Shown: positions 43,688 to 52,394 of the stretch, piece by piece
How positions within the stretch are numbered: the stretch's first letter is position 1
Layout of the letters: every line of letters begins with the position of its first letter
Source of the DNA: an uncultured Bacteroidales bacterium
GTDB taxonomy: Bacteria; Bacteroidota; Bacteroidia; Bacteroidales; Paludibacteraceae
Length of the DNA stretch: 64,000 nt
Assembly: GCA_934725535.1 (NCBI GenBank)
Contig: CAKVBV010000002.1
Coordinates: forward strand, 7,575-71,574
Reading direction: 5' to 3'
Translations under genes and position numbers: made by a program
The notes under the pieces: model-generated
What the model was told of the DNA's origin: nothing
What the model saw: only the letters and a program-made list of their open reading frames with translations
Databases searched by the model: none

Positions 43688-45547
43688 ATGCAAAAACAAA
43701 ATGTAGTGGTACGCTTTTGCGGCGACTCCGGAGACGGTATGCAATTGACCGGCAACATGTTCTCCTCACTTAGTGCCATTTTAGGCAATGAGATTAGCAC
43801 CCTACCCGACTTTCCTGCCGAGATACGCGCCCCGCAAGGCACGCTGGGCGGCGTGAGCGGTTTCCAAGTGAACTTGGGTGCGGGCGTTTACACCCCCGGC
43901 GACAAAGCCGATGTGATTGTGGCTATGAACGCTGCGGCATTGAAAGTCTGCACGTTAGGCTCCAAGTTCAACCAACCCGGTGCGAAGTGGGAGGACAGCA
44001 GTTCGATGTACAAGAAGAACGCTGTGGTCATCGTGGACACCGACTCGTTCACAGACAAAGACCTCGAGAAGGCACTGTACAAGACCGACAACCCCTTCAC
44101 CGAACTCGGTATTCCCGAGAGCGTGCAAATCGTTCCGGTGGCACTGACCGCACTCACCAAAGAGAGTCTGAAGGACTCGGGCTTGGACAACAAGGCTATC
44201 CTCAAGTCGCGCAATATGTTCGCGCTGGGTGTCGTTTGCTGGCTGTTCAACCGTCCTATCGACAAGGCTATCCACTTCCTCGAGGGCAAGTTCAAGAAGA
44301 AACCGCAACTCATCGCGCCCAATGTGAAGGTGCTGACCGACGGTTTCAACTACGGCAATAACCTCGCACTCAATATCCAGACCGTCAACGTGGAGAAGGC
44401 AGAGGACCTGCCTCACGGCAAATACACCTCCATCGCGGGCAACAAAGCCACTGCATGGGGCTTGATTGCGGCTGCCGAGAAGTGCGGCAAGCGTCTGTTC
44501 CTGGGCTCCTATCCCATCACCCCCGCCACCGACATCATGCACGAACTGGCTGCCCGTAAAGACATGGGCGTGATGGTGGTGCAAGCCGAGGACGAGATAG
44601 CAGGTGTCTGCACCGCTATCGGTGCATCGTTTGCCGGCGACCTCGCGGCTACCAGCACTTCGGGACCTGGTTTGAGTCTGAAATCCGAGGCTATCGGATT
44701 GGCAGTGATGGCAGAGTTGCCCTTGGTGGTTATTGATGTACAGCGCGGCGGTCCCAGCACGGGTCTGCCTACCAAGACCGAACAGACCGACCTCATGCAG
44801 GCTATTTACGGTCGTAACGGCGAGTGCCCCGCAGTGGTTATGGCGGCTTCCACGTCGGCTAACTGCTTCGAGTACGCCTATATGGCTGCCAAAATCGCTT
44901 TGGAGAATATGACCCCCGTCATTCTGATGACCGACACCTATTTGGCAAACGGTACGGGCTTGTGGCGTATCCCACAACTCAGCGAACTGCCCGCTATCCA
45001 CCCGCAAGGGGTGCCCGAGGAACTCAAGGGCAAGTACAACCCTGCTCTGCGTGACGAGAACAATGTCCGCTACTGGGCTTATGCCGGTATGGAGGGCTAC
45101 GAGCACCGCAATATCGGTCTCGAGCGTGACGCACAGAAAGGCAGCATCTCCACCAACCCCGAGAACCACGAACTGATGGTTCGCGCGCGTCAAGCCAAGG
45201 TGGACCAAGTGGCTAACCGTATCCCCGAACTCCGCGTACAATGCAACGCCCAGAGCGACACGCTCCTCGTGGGCTGGGGTTCCACCGAGGGACACCTCCA
45301 CGCGGCTGCCAACGAACTGAACTGCGCACTGGCGCACTTCAACTATATCAACCCGCTGCCCAAGAACACCGCCGACGTCCTCCGCGCATACAAGCGCATC
45401 GTCGTTTGCGAACTCAACAGCGGACAGTTTGCTAATTATCTGCGCTCAAAAATCAGCGGCGTTAACCTGCTGCAATACAACGAGATAATGGGTCAGCCAT
45501 TCGCTGTAGAGCGCATTGTGGAATACGTAAAGGGGTTAAATGACTAA
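43688..45547 (+). CDS. korA: 2-oxoacid:ferredoxin oxidoreductase, alpha (fused gamma-alpha) subunit
   Basis: FCGDSGDGMQLTG N-terminus, YPITPATDI, and other POR/KOR domain I/III features. Start trimmed to 43688. Confidence 0.9.
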   Translation: MQKQNVVVRFCGDSGDGMQLTGNMFSSLSAILGNEISTLPDFPAEIRAPQGTLGGVSGFQVNLGAGVYTPGDKADVIVAMNAAALKVCTLGSKFNQPGAKWEDSSSMYKKNAVVIVDTDSFTDKDLEKALYKTDNPFTELGIPESVQIVPVALTALTKESLKDSGLDNKAILKSRNMFALGVVCWLFNRPIDKAIHFLEGKFKKKPQLIAPNVKVLTDGFNYGNNLALNIQTVNVEKAEDLPHGKYTSIAGNKATAWGLIAAAEKCGKRLFLGSYPITPATDIMHELAARKDMGVMVVQAEDEIAGVCTAIGASFAGDLAATSTSGPGLSLKSEAIGLAVMAELPLVVIDVQRGGPSTGLPTKTEQTDLMQAIYGRNGECPAVVMAASTSANCFEYAYMAAKIALENMTPVILMTDTYLANGTGLWRIPQLSELPAIHPQGVPEELKGKYNPALRDENNVRYWAYAGMEGYEHRNIGLERDAQKGSISTNPENHELMVRARQAKVDQVANRIPELRVQCNAQSDTLLVGWGSTEGHLHAAANELNCALAHFNYINPLPKNTADVLRAYKRIVVCELNSGQFANYLRSKISGVNLLQYNEIMGQPFAVERIVEYVKGLND

Positions 45548-45558
45548 AAGGAAAAATT

Positions 45559-46590
45559 ATGGAAGCAAGTCAATTCAAAAGTGATCAATACGTTCGTTTT
45601 TGCCCCGGTTGCGGCGACCACGCCATCTGTGCAGCCCTGCAAAAAGCCATGGCACAAATAGGTGTGCCCACCTACGAAACAGTAGTCATCTCGGGTATCG
45701 GTTGTTCGAGCCGTATGCCCCACTACCTGAATACTTACGGTTTCAACACCATCCACGGTCGTGGCGGTGCAGTGGCAACGGGTGTCAAGACCAGCCACCC
45801 CGAACTCACCGTATGGCAGATGTCGGGCGACGGCGACCTTCTCGCTATCGGCGGTAACCATTTTATCCATGAGATCCGGCGCAACGTGGACCTCAATATC
45901 TGCCTCTTCAACAACCGTATCTACGGTCTTACCAAGGGTCAGTATTCGCCCACCTCGCCCAAGGGTTTTGTCAGCAAATCCAGTCCTTTCGGCACGGTGG
46001 AGCGTCCGTTTATCCCTGCCGAGTTGGTGATGGGTGCGCGCGGCACATTCTTCGCCCGCACCCTGGATGTGGATATGCCCACCACCGTCGATTGTATGGT
46101 CAAGGCGCAGCAGCACAAGGGTGCCAGCGTCATCGAGTGCCTGGTTAACTGCGTGATTTTCAACAACGGGACCCACGCATGGATAGCAGACCGCGAGACA
46201 CGTGCCGACCGCAGCATCGTACTCCGCCATGGCGAGAAGATGATTTTCGGCAAGAACAACGACAAGGGTCTCGCACTGGATTACAGCCAAGGACTCATGC
46301 CGCGCTTGATTGTAGTGCCGGCAGACGACCCGCGTGTCCTGACGCACGACGCCACTACCGCAGACCCCACCTTGCACCGTATGCTGGCTCTCATGGGGCA
46401 GGATATGGTTACCGATGTGCACAATGCCGAGGTTCCCAGCGAACTGCCTATCGCACTCGGCGTTATCCGCAACGTGGAGGCGGAGACCTACGACCAAGCC
46501 GTCAGCGCGCAAATCAACGAGGTGCGTGAGAAGAGCAAGGCACAGACCTTCGACCAACTCACTGCCACCCTCGAGCAGTGGGATATGTAA
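45559..46590 (+). CDS. korB: 2-oxoacid:ferredoxin oxidoreductase, beta (TPP-binding) subunit
   Basis: FCPGCGDH, GIGCSSR, GDGD...GGNH, NNRIYGLTKGQ motifs. Confidence 0.9.
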   Translation: MEASQFKSDQYVRFCPGCGDHAICAALQKAMAQIGVPTYETVVISGIGCSSRMPHYLNTYGFNTIHGRGGAVATGVKTSHPELTVWQMSGDGDLLAIGGNHFIHEIRRNVDLNICLFNNRIYGLTKGQYSPTSPKGFVSKSSPFGTVERPFIPAELVMGARGTFFARTLDVDMPTTVDCMVKAQQHKGASVIECLVNCVIFNNGTHAWIADRETRADRSIVLRHGEKMIFGKNNDKGLALDYSQGLMPRLIVVPADDPRVLTHDATTADPTLHRMLALMGQDMVTDVHNAEVPSELPIALGVIRNVEAETYDQAVSAQINEVREKSKAQTFDQLTATLEQWDM

Positions 46591-46614
46591 TCCCTGCCCA
46601 CTCTGAACGAACGG

Positions 46615-46654
46615 AAGAGGCTGTCTAACAAGTGTAGGCAGTCTCTTATTTTGT
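46615..46654 (+). terminator. Intrinsic terminator after korB (AAGAGGCTGTCTAACAAGT family)
   Basis: aagaggctg / cagtctctt stem (one mismatch) followed by ATTTTG. An inverted copy of the left arm motif lies at 46722-46740. Confidence 0.6.
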
Positions 46655-46659
46655 TGGGA

Positions 46660-46680
46660 GACGACGCGGCTCGCGTCGTC
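46660..46680 (-). repeat. REP-like palindrome, short form
   Basis: gacgacgcggctcgcgtcgtc preceded by ggga. It is the reverse complement of the plus-orientation copies. Confidence 0.85.
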
Positions 46681-46741
46681 AAAAGCCGTCTTTTTCTGAA
46701 GAATTGGCATTCTTTTTTACTTATTAGACAGCCTCTTTTTA

Positions 46742-46927
46742 ACGTGAGTTCGATATAACGACAGAAGGAGACTTTGTTGGTCACAACGGACAACAACGAA
46801 TAAAACAACATAGTAGCCACAACAAAGAATAAACACAAATGACCAGCAATTGACCACGAATTGGCATTATCGAGGTTCTTCTGAACGGACGGCTACGCCG
46901 TATTATCACCAATTAGCCACAAATTCC
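46742..46927 (+). repeat. Dispersed module A, copy 2
   Basis: See 10353-10520. It carries an extra 21-nt segment relative to A1. Confidence 0.85.
46781..46867 (-). CDS. Candidate small hydrophobic Cys-rich peptide (28 aa, MPIRGQLLVICVYSLLWLLCCFIRCCPL) inside module A2
   Basis: Homologous to the 10392..10460 ORF, with the same ATG and the same terminal TGA in the alignment. Confidence 0.3.
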   Translation of the reverse strand: MPIRGQLLVICVYSLLWLLCCFIRCCPL

Positions 46928-47146
46928 TACGCTGCAATTAATACAAGCAACGTTAACCATTCTCAATCAAATTATTTTCTTTGCGTATTTGTTGTTCTCG
47001 TAGGTGTTAATGTTGACAGGAAAGGCACTATTTCACTCTGTACCAACAAGAATATATAATCAAAGATGCAGTATATATATTGTATTAAAAACGCCACAAT
47101 CTTATTAAAAACTCAAAACACACTTGTATATTTCAAATATAAATAA

Positions 47147-47154
47147 TACTTTTG
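47147..47154 (+). promoter_or_regulatory. -7 promoter motif TACTTTTG for the cassette-2 genes
   Basis: Exact TAnnTTTG about 20 nt upstream of the ATG at 47174. Confidence 0.55.
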
Positions 47155-47173
47155 CAAACAAAACAAATATAAT

Positions 47174-47365
47174 ATGGTCGGAGTGCAACATATACGTCCC
47201 CGTATGTTAAGTATCATAACCACTTATCGATGCACGGCTTCTTGTGAGGATTGTTGTCTTAATTGCAGTCCCTCACGCAAGGAGAGATTGACTTTGGCGC
47301 AAATGGCTAACTTTATAAAAATTGTGGGGAATATAATAAAATCAACACTCATTCAAAACCTGTAA
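47174..47365 (+). pseudogene. Radical SAM enzyme N-terminal remnant (63 codons)
   Basis: LSIITTYRCTASCEDCC contains CX3CX2C, but the ORF stops after about 60 aa and no continuation appears in other frames. Confidence 0.55.
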
Positions 47366-47386
47366 TAATGTAATAATATGTGTAAT

Positions 47387-47869
47387 ATGAAAAAATCACT
47401 TCGTTGTCCGTGGAGTAAATCCACAAAGATTGCCACAACAGTTATTCTGCTACTATTTGTAGGACTTGCTGCTTATTGTGTATATAGGGCGATAACGTGC
47501 CCATGTGAATCCACTCGCTATATCATAGGTGCAACAATCTTGCTTGTTGTATTGGCTATCGTATTCTGCAATATGCCTCTGAAATTAGTTATCGATGCAG
47601 ATGGCATTACTATACGATTGATGGGGTATTCCATTCGTACCCCATGGGCGCAAACAGAATCTATCGAGCCATTAAATACCGAGCATCTGTCTCAAGTATG
47701 CGGGTCTTCAGGGTTGTTCGGTCATATCGGTTTTTATCGTGATAGTCAAAAGCACACAGTGATTGGTTTCATTACGGATATGTCATCTGCCTATATTATT
47801 CGCCGCAAAGGGAAACGTGCCATTGCGGTTTCGGCAAATGAACTGCCTACCCGTCCTATACAACAATGA
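47387..47869 (+). CDS. Membrane protein with bacterial PH-like domain
   Basis: Two N-terminal TM segments, then a beta-rich domain of about 90 aa (ITIRLMGYSIRTPW...AYIIRRKGKRAIAVS) resembling bPH/YdbT-like domains. An alternative ATG lies at 47378. Confidence 0.6.
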   Translation: MKKSLRCPWSKSTKIATTVILLLFVGLAAYCVYRAITCPCESTRYIIGATILLVVLAIVFCNMPLKLVIDADGITIRLMGYSIRTPWAQTESIEPLNTEHLSQVCGSSGLFGHIGFYRDSQKHTVIGFITDMSSAYIIRRKGKRAIAVSANELPTRPIQQ

Positions 47870-47920
47870 CAATAGGCTGTCTTCTGACAGTTCAAAAAAG
47901 GATGCCATTTCTTTACTTTT

Positions 47921-47941
47921 GACGACGCGAGCCGCGTCGTC
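47921..47941 (+). repeat. REP-like palindrome, short form
   Basis: ttttgacgacgcgagccgcgtcgtccccca. Confidence 0.85.
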
Positions 47942-47953
47942 CCCCATGAAAGC

Positions 47954-47995
47954 AAGAGGCTGCCTAACAAGTACAGTTGGGCAGTCTCCTTTGTT
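47954..47995 (+). terminator. Intrinsic terminator (AAGAGGCTGCCTAACAAGT family)
   Basis: gaggctgcc / ggcagtctc stem followed by CTTTGTT. Confidence 0.55.
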
Positions 47996-48124
47996 AATGT
48001 GTGCTCGATGTGGCGGCGGCAAGGAAACTCCTACGCTGCAAAATCTGCGCAACTGATGTAAACACGAAGATACACAATTGATTACAAAAGAAAACTACCA
48101 AATCACGCCAAATCGCACCAATAA

Positions 48125-48144
48125 GTGACAGAAAGTGACAGAAA
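48125..48144 (+). repeat. 10-bp tandem repeat gtgacagaaa x2 upstream of the B2 promoter
   Basis: Two units here versus four in B1. Confidence 0.8.
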
Positions 48145-48169
48145 CGCTCAATGCCCTCTGAAGATGTAG

Positions 48170-48177
48170 TACCTTTG
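48170..48177 (+). promoter_or_regulatory. -7 promoter motif TACCTTTG within module B2
   Basis: Exact TAnnTTTG. It fires toward the 3' end of the convergent hydrolase gene. Confidence 0.55.
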
Positions 48178-48404
48178 CATCGTGATTCAAGGTGTTGAAT
48201 CCGGTAGGCTGCATACGTAAGCAGCCCGTGATCTTTGACGTACGAAATGTTGCCCGAGAGGGTGGCGGAGGGAGTCCCTGTTCCCTCATCAGAGACAAAG
48301 GTGCCTCTGCGACAAACAGACAGGGATGCCGCGCGGTGGCACTATACCCCAACAGGAGATACGATGGGGATAGTATGCCTATTGGGTACGGTTGGCGGTG
48401 GTAG

Positions 48405-49571
48405 TCAGTGTTGGGGACTAAAGACTGCTCTCACTGCTGTCCTGAGCGTGTTCAGGCTACCTGTGTCGGTAGGGTGGACGCGGTTGGTGAGAAGGATGAC
48501 TGCACGTTGGTAGTCGGGGTAGAGGGTGATGCTCGTACCTGTGTAGCCTGTATGACGGAGTATGGTGAGCGGTGCACCGTGGGAGTCTGTACCTTCGTCA
48601 TCAAGCCACAACCCTGTATGGCAGGCGGCAGTGCGGGTGGTGTCAGGCAAGGACATAAACCACACAGCCCAACGGGCTACATCCTCAGCCGTGGCGAAGA
48701 TACCGGCATTGCCCGATACACCGCACATCATCACCCGTGCCAGCGGGTCATGTACCATACCGCGCAGACAGGCGGTGTCGTTGCACTCGGTAGGGGCTAT
48801 GCGCGGGAAGAGCGTATCGGAAGGCAGCCAACCCATAGCGTCGGTGTGGAGAGGGGTGTAGAGGTCCGTTGCGAGGAAAGTGTTGAGGTCAGTCCCCACG
48901 ATAGTCTCCACCACGCACTGCAAGGTGATGAAATTCAGGCACGAATAGCGGTATTTCTCGCCCACAGGAGAGAGACGGCGGCAACGGCAGACAGTATCCA
49001 ACAGGAAATCCTGGCGTGAGAGGGGAACGAGAGTGGTTTCATGATGGTGGCGACGCGATAATGGCAATGCGATAGTAGTACGAGAGGTGTAGATACTGTC
49101 CAAGACACGGGCGTTCATGTACGGGGGCAAGCCAGAACGATGGGTAAGCAAATGGCGAATAGTGGCATCGGTTTGGAATGCTGGGAGATAGGTGCTGACT
49201 TTGTCGTCTGCAGACAATCGTCCCAGCTCTATCAGCAGCAAGGTGGCAGAGCCTGCGCCAAGCGGTTTGCTGAGCGATGCAAGGTCGAAGACCGTGTTAG
49301 TAGTCATAGGTTCACACACCGGCACCACGGCACGATGACCATAAGCACGGAGGTAGGTGATACGCCCGCTATCCACCACGCAAAGCACCGCACCCGGAAT
49401 GCAACGAGTACGGTCCGTAAAGACAGAGTCCCCTGCCCCATTCACAGAATCTGACGGGTAGATAGCACTACCAATCAGACTGTCTGCACGGGCATAATCG
49501 AACCCCTCAGCATACAACGCCGAGCACAGCACACAAAGTATTAACCACAAATATCGATGCAATTTGCTCAA
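48405..49571 (-). CDS. Serine hydrolase (beta-lactamase/PBP4-like family)
   Basis: Signal peptide, SxxK motif in DLASLSKPLG, and a later HTGYTG motif. Confidence 0.82.
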   Translation of the reverse strand: MSKLHRYLWLILCVLCSALYAEGFDYARADSLIGSAIYPSDSVNGAGDSVFTDRTRCIPGAVLCVVDSGRITYLRAYGHRAVVPVCEPMTTNTVFDLASLSKPLGAGSATLLLIELGRLSADDKVSTYLPAFQTDATIRHLLTHRSGLPPYMNARVLDSIYTSRTTIALPLSRRHHHETTLVPLSRQDFLLDTVCRCRRLSPVGEKYRYSCLNFITLQCVVETIVGTDLNTFLATDLYTPLHTDAMGWLPSDTLFPRIAPTECNDTACLRGMVHDPLARVMMCGVSGNAGIFATAEDVARWAVWFMSLPDTTRTAACHTGLWLDDEGTDSHGAPLTILRHTGYTGTSITLYPDYQRAVILLTNRVHPTDTGSLNTLRTAVRAVFSPQH

Positions 49572-49712
49572 ATTTCACTGCAAATGTACTACAAAATCCG
49601 CATACACACAATAGTTCCTAAATGAATGTCAGAGACAAGTCTATCAAGATATAGTGTGGAGGGCAACCACATTGCATTAACAGGGAATTTTGCGGAAGTC
49701 AATTATTTTTAG

Positions 49713-49720
49713 TACCTTTG
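49713..49720 (+). promoter_or_regulatory. -7 promoter motif TACCTTTG for rsfS-ftsH
   Basis: Exact TAnnTTTG about 76 nt upstream of the ATG at 49796. Confidence 0.55.
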
Positions 49721-49795
49721 CCGCGAGTTTGCCATATTGGCAGAACTCTGATACAACCGAGAATTGCGGCTGACAGCAGCCGACTGACAGACAAG

Positions 49796-50158
49796 ATGAA
49801 AGAAGTTTCAACCAAAAAACTATTAGATACCATTGTAGAGGGTATCCAAAACCGTAAGGGACACCGTATTGTGATTGTGGATTTGCGTCGCCTGAAAGAC
49901 GCGCCCGTGGACTATTTCGTGATAGCGGAGGGCAACTCGAACACCCAAGTGGTGGCGATAGCCGATGAGGTGGACGACCACGTGCGCACCACCACCCACG
50001 TGCACCCGTTGGCAATCGACGGGCGCGATAACGCCGAGTGGATAGCCATGGACTATGGCACGATATTTGTCCATATCATGCAGCGGGAGCCCCGTGCGTA
50101 CTACGACATCGAGCACCTGTGGGCAGACGGCAAACTGACCGAGATACCCGAAGAGTAA
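49796..50158 (+). CDS. rsfS: Ribosome silencing factor RsfS
   Basis: Iojap-like pattern: LLDTIVEGIQNRKGHRIVIVDLR...DYFVIAEGNSNTQV...WIAMDYGTIFVHIM. Start trimmed to 49796. Confidence 0.9.
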   Translation: MKEVSTKKLLDTIVEGIQNRKGHRIVIVDLRRLKDAPVDYFVIAEGNSNTQVVAIADEVDDHVRTTTHVHPLAIDGRDNAEWIAMDYGTIFVHIMQREPRAYYDIEHLWADGKLTEIPEE

Positions 50159-50190
50159 ATCCTGACATTAACTATAGAAATCAAAAAGAG

Positions 50191-52254
50191 ATGGCAAATC
50201 AACCCAACAACCAAAACCAGCCTCAGAAGCCCAAACGGTCGCGCCTGTCGTGGCTGTACTATGTGGTGATGCTGATGCTGCTCGTGCTGCTGTTCTACCC
50301 GTTTGGCGGTCGCGGCGTGCAGAAAGATCTGAGTTACACCAAGTTCAAAGCATACATCGAGAACGATGCCGTGGCATCGCTGGTGGTGAGTGATGACAAT
50401 ACCGCTATGGCAAAGATACGCCCCGAGAGTTATGCCCTTGTGTTCGGCAACCGCGAAGAGGGCGAGGACGTGCGCGGCGAACTGACAGCCCTCATCCCGT
50501 CGGTGGAGGAGTTCAGCAAGTTTATGGACCAAGTGAACGACACCCGTCAGGCGCAAGGCAAGGCTGCGATAGACGTAAGTTACACGAAATCACACGATTA
50601 CTGGTACCTGATATTGGTGAACGTGTTGCCGCTGCTGCTGATAGTGATGTTCTTCGTATGGATGAGTCGCGGTATCGGAGGCGGTGCCGGAGGGGCTGCC
50701 AACATCTTCGGTGTGGGCAAAGCCAAGGCGCAGGTGATTGACAAGGATAAGAAAGACAAGGTTACATTCAAGGATGTAGCCGGTCTTGCGGGCGCAAAAC
50801 AAGAGGTGGAAGAGGTGGTCTCCTTCCTCAAAGACCCGAAAAAATACACCGACCTCGGCGGCAAGATACCCAAGGGCGTGCTGCTGGTAGGCCCTCCCGG
50901 GACAGGTAAGACGCTGCTTGCCAAGGCAGTGGCGGGCGAGGCGAATGTGCCGTTCTTCTCGATGTCGGGCAGCGACTTCGTGGAGATGTTCGTGGGCGTA
51001 GGTGCCAGCCGTGTGCGCGACCTGTTCCGTCAGGCGAAAGAGAAAGCACCGGCTATCATCTTCATCGACGAGATAGACGCTGTGGGGCGTGCCCGCGGGC
51101 GCAACTCGTTCGCGAGCGGTGGCAACGACGAGCGGGAATCGACACTGAACCAGTTGCTGACGGAGATGGACGGCTTCGGCACCAACTCGGGTGTCATCAT
51201 ACTGGCTGCCACCAACCGTGCCGATGTGCTGGACCCCGCGTTGCTGCGTGCAGGGCGTTTCGACCGGCAGATACACGTGGAACTGCCCGACCTGCAGGAG
51301 CGCAAAGAGATATTCGAGGTGCATCTGAAGCCGCTGAAATTAGACAACACAGTGGATGTGAACTTCCTTGCCAAGCAGACCCCGGGGTTCTCGGGTGCGG
51401 ACATTGCCAACGTGTGCAACGAGGCGGCACTGATTGCTGCCCGCAACAACCATAAGAAAGTAGGCAAACAGGACTTTATGGACGCCGTGGACCGTATCAT
51501 AGGCGGTTTGGAACGCAAGAACAAGATAATGACCGACGAGGAGAAACGCTCGGTGGCTTATCATGAGGCGGGGCACGCCACTATCTCGTGGCTGCTGCGG
51601 TACGGCAATCCGCTGGTGAAGGTGACGATTGTGCCCCGTGGTGTGGCATTGGGTGCGGCATGGTATCTGCCCGAGGAGCGGCAACTGACCAACCGTGAGC
51701 ATATCCTCGACGACCTATGCTCGCTGCTGGGCGGACGTGCTGCGGAAGAGGTGTTCCTGCACCAGACTTCGACGGGGGCACTCAACGACCTTGAGCGCGC
51801 CACCAAGCAGGCGTATGCCATGGTGGCATACTACGGTATGTCCGACAAACTGAAGAATGTCAGTTTCTATGACTCCACAGGGCGTTACGACTACGGACTT
51901 ACCAAGCCCTATTCGGAGAAGACGGCGGAACTGATTGACGAGGAGACTGCGGCAATTATTGCCACGCAGATGGAGCGCGCCAAACAGATACTGCAAGAGC
52001 ATGCCGAGGGGCACAACCGCATCGCGCAACTGCTGATTGAGCATGAGGTCATCACGTCGGAGGACGTGGCGGCAATTCTCGGTCCGCGTCCGTGGAAGAG
52101 CCGCGAGGACGAGATAATTGAGGCGAACGAGGCTATGCAGGAGGCGGAGAAGAAAGCCGAAGAGAAGGGCGGAGAGACTGCCACGAAAGAGGAAAACAAG
52201 GCTACAGAACCTGCACCTGATAATCAGGAGGATACAGAGAAAATGACCAAATAA
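50191..52254 (+). CDS. ftsH: ATP-dependent zinc metalloprotease FtsH
   Basis: [13 protein letters not shown] Walker A, IIFIDEID, second region of homology, and the HEAGH zinc motif. Start trimmed to the ATG at 50191. Confidence 0.96.
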   Translation: MANQPNNQNQPQKPKRSRLSWLYYVVMLMLLVLLFYPFGGRGVQKDLSYTKFKAYIENDAVASLVVSDDNTAMAKIRPESYALVFGNREEGEDVRGELTALIPSVEEFSKFMDQVNDTRQAQGKAAIDVSYTKSHDYWYLILVNVLPLLLIVMFFVWMSRGIGGGAGGAANIFGVGKAKAQVIDKDKKDKVTFKDVAGLAGAKQEVEEVVSFLKDPKKYTDLGGKIPKGVLLVGPPGTGKTLLAKAVAGEANVPFFSMSGSDFVEMFVGVGASRVRDLFRQAKEKAPAIIFIDEIDAVGRARGRNSFASGGNDERESTLNQLLTEMDGFGTNSGVIILAATNRADVLDPALLRAGRFDRQIHVELPDLQERKEIFEVHLKPLKLDNTVDVNFLAKQTPGFSGADIANVCNEAALIAARNNHKKVGKQDFMDAVDRIIGGLERKNKIMTDEEKRSVAYHEAGHATISWLLRYGNPLVKVTIVPRGVALGAAWYLPEERQLTNREHILDDLCSLLGGRAAEEVFLHQTSTGALNDLERATKQAYAMVAYYGMSDKLKNVSFYDSTGRYDYGLTKPYSEKTAELIDEETAAIIATQMERAKQILQEHAEGHNRIAQLLIEHEVITSEDVAAILGPRPWKSREDEIIEANEAMQEAEKKAEEKGGETATKEENKATEPAPDNQEDTEKMTK

Positions 52255-52394
52255 TGCATTTTTTTGCTCTGCAAGTGTAGTTTTTTGCCTCTTTTTGCGT
52301 TATATATATAGAGCGATGTTTTTGAGGGAAAAAGAACAAAGGACGCAAGACAATGATTAGGAACAAGGGATAGCAACTAACAAATAAATCTGTT

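Larger units (their letters stand above)
48033..48265 (+). repeat. Dispersed module B, copy 2
   Basis: See 14601-14854. The core 48091-48265 is near-identical. Confidence 0.85.

Noticed and set aside
46850-47059. Plus-strand ORF across module A2 (MTTNWHYRGSSERTATPYY...), with a similar peptide in A1. Considered as a conserved peptide or RiPP precursor next to the radical SAM remnant.
   Set aside because: The start codon is not conserved between copies (ATG in A1, only a TTG further upstream in A2). The sequences diverge completely after the shared DNA block, and nucleotide conservation extends well upstream of the ORF. It is more likely non-coding, or coding on the other strand.
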